Source: Nemertoderma westbladi
Taxonomy: Eukaryota > Animalia > Xenacoelomorpha
DNA length: 64,000 nt
Assembly (NCBI GenBank): GCA_032718475.1
Contig: JAUCBJ010004643.1
Location: 1-64,000, forward strand
Reading direction: 5' to 3'
The notes under the pieces are model-generated. The model did not search any database. It was not told where the DNA came from and saw nothing but the letters and a program-made list of their open reading frames with translations. Shown one piece after another: positions 62,230-64,000 of the stretch. The position numbers were made by a program, and so were the translations under genes. Each line of letters starts with the position of its first letter. The stretch's first letter is position 1.

Positions 62230-64000
62230 GGCAGTACTCTGTTAATCTACAGGAGCTAATAAACCAACAGGTTGATGCCATCAATGATGCTGACGACAGC
62301 AGGCAATCATCCCAGGCATGGAAATCGATCAATCTGCTTACTGGGCGGAAAAGCCAACCAACCACCAAGGTTAAGGCTGAATCACCAGCCGATCGCCTCA
62401 ATGGTTGGAAAGCCCACTTTGAAAAGCTCCTCAATAATGACAGGGTATTGCCTGATAACTTTATAGAAGTAAAGGTGTCTGAGTCTGTACTCCCAGATAT
62501 TCCCATTGGCGATATCTCCTTTGCAGAAGTGAAGGCTGCTGCAAAGAGCATTAAGACCAATCGTGCCAGTGGAGTAGATGGTGTTCCCCCTGAGGTCTTT
62601 AAAATACCTGAGTGTTTAAAGCTCATCTATCCCATCATAGTAGACATGTACCGTACAACAAGAGTCCCACAAGAAATGAAAACAAATAAGTTGGTGCCAG
62701 TTCCCAAGAAGGGCAACCTAACACTCTATGGTTCTTTTCGGGGAATCTCATTGATCTCGATTGCTGCAAAGCTATACAATAGGATTCTATTAAATCGCAT
62801 CAGGGATCCCATTGAGAGACTGCTCCGTGGAAATCAGAATGGGTTCCGTAAAGGTCGTGGGACCATGGAGCCCATTTTGGCACTTAGAAGGATAATTGAA
62901 GAATTATCAAAAAAGAAAGACAGGCATCTGGCTGTTATCTTTGTTGACTTCTTCAAGGCCTTTGATTCAGTCTCTCGATCACGTATGTTCAGCATACTTT
63001 CATTATATGGGATTCCTGATGAAATTATTGCAGCAATCAGATCAGTATACGATGGTTCGACAACATTTGTGTCTACTGTTGACGGTGACACAGAACCATT
63101 TGAAGTGTTATGGGGCGTCCTCCAAGGAGACACACTTGCACCATTCTTGTTCATTATTGTGGTTGACTATGTTCTACGCATGTCCTTAGATCATCATAAT
63201 GATGATGGGGTGATGATAACTCCACCTACTGGCTCCAGAAGTCGAGGAAATCCTGCCAAGTACCTAACTGATCTAGACTTTGCTGATGACTTAGGAGTAC
63301 TCTCAGAATCATTAGAGGGAGCCCAACGGCTCCTCAGCTCATTAGAACATGCTGCTTCTAGTGTTGGTCTTTTTATTAACTCCAGAAAGACCAAAATTCT
63401 GACAGTTAACTTTGAACGTCCTCAGCAAGTCTCTGATCGGATGAGCATAAGCTCAAAGGATGGTATGCTTGAGCATGTGGACGACTTCTGTTACCTGGGA
63501 TCATGGATCCGGAAGTCAGGTGAGGACCTTCGAATACGTAAGGGAAAGGCATGGGCAGCCTTGAATAGGCTTTCCAGGATTTGGAAGTCACCGAGAATTA
63601 ATCGGAAACTTAAGGTCCGATTATTTAGAGCAGCAGTAGTTCCAGTACTCCTCTATGGGAGTCCATGCTGGGCTCTAACTGCTGAGGACACCAAATCTCT
63701 GGATGGCACATTCACAAGAATGCTACGCCGGGTTCATTGTGTCAAGTACAATGCACACATCTCCAACCAGACACTATATAACATTGGAGGTGTCTCATTG
63801 GTTCCCCCAAGCTTGACACTAGAACAAAATCGCCTCCGCTTTGCAGGACATTGCTTTCGCCGTGAGGACCAGCCAGTGCATAATCTTGTACTTTGGCAGC
63901 CTCATGGAGTGAATAAGCATGGTGGACAGCCCATGACTTTCTTGAGACGCATCTTAAAGGACACTGGCCTTAAAGATGCGGATGATCTAGCAAATGTCAT
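62230..64000 (+). mobile_element. 5'-truncated RTE-like LINE with uninterrupted RT reading frame running off the window end
   Basis: Manual translation is open from ~62240 to 64000: VPVPKKG, NQNGFRKGR, FVDFFKAFDS, GVLQGDTLAP, DLDFADD, FCYLGS, RLRFAGHC. No APE upstream. Absent from the ORF track because no stop codon falls within the window. Confidence 0.92.

Overview
AT-rich, repeat-dense eukaryotic (metazoan-like) DNA; no prokaryotic or CRISPR features. Two intronless 4-aminobutyrate aminotransferase (ABAT) paralogs on the minus strand (952-2409, 59468-60994) bracket about 57 kb of mobile DNA: a 16-kb 69-bp satellite, RTE-like LINEs, nested non-autonomous DNA transposons (hAT-like, Tc1/mariner-like, TTAA Kolobok-like, HINE-like), a decayed BEL/Pao LTR element with an extra zinc-knuckle ORF, and a large Helitron-like element. 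The main candidate for an undescribed system is at about 33.6-46.1 kb: a roughly 2,740-aa frameshifted protein with N-terminal zinc fingers, an atypical HUH Rep, a Pif1-like SF1 helicase and a C-terminal SLX1-like GIY-YIG domain, paired with a divergent ~390-aa accessory gene. Other highlights: the satellite monomer is an amplified piece of RTE-LINE coding sequence; the ABAT pair shows gene-conversion-like mosaicism that spares the specificity loop, and copy 1 has lost an Fe-S ligand; TACAGTA transposon-type footprints can be shown directly as insertions. All alignments were done by eye; no database searches were run.
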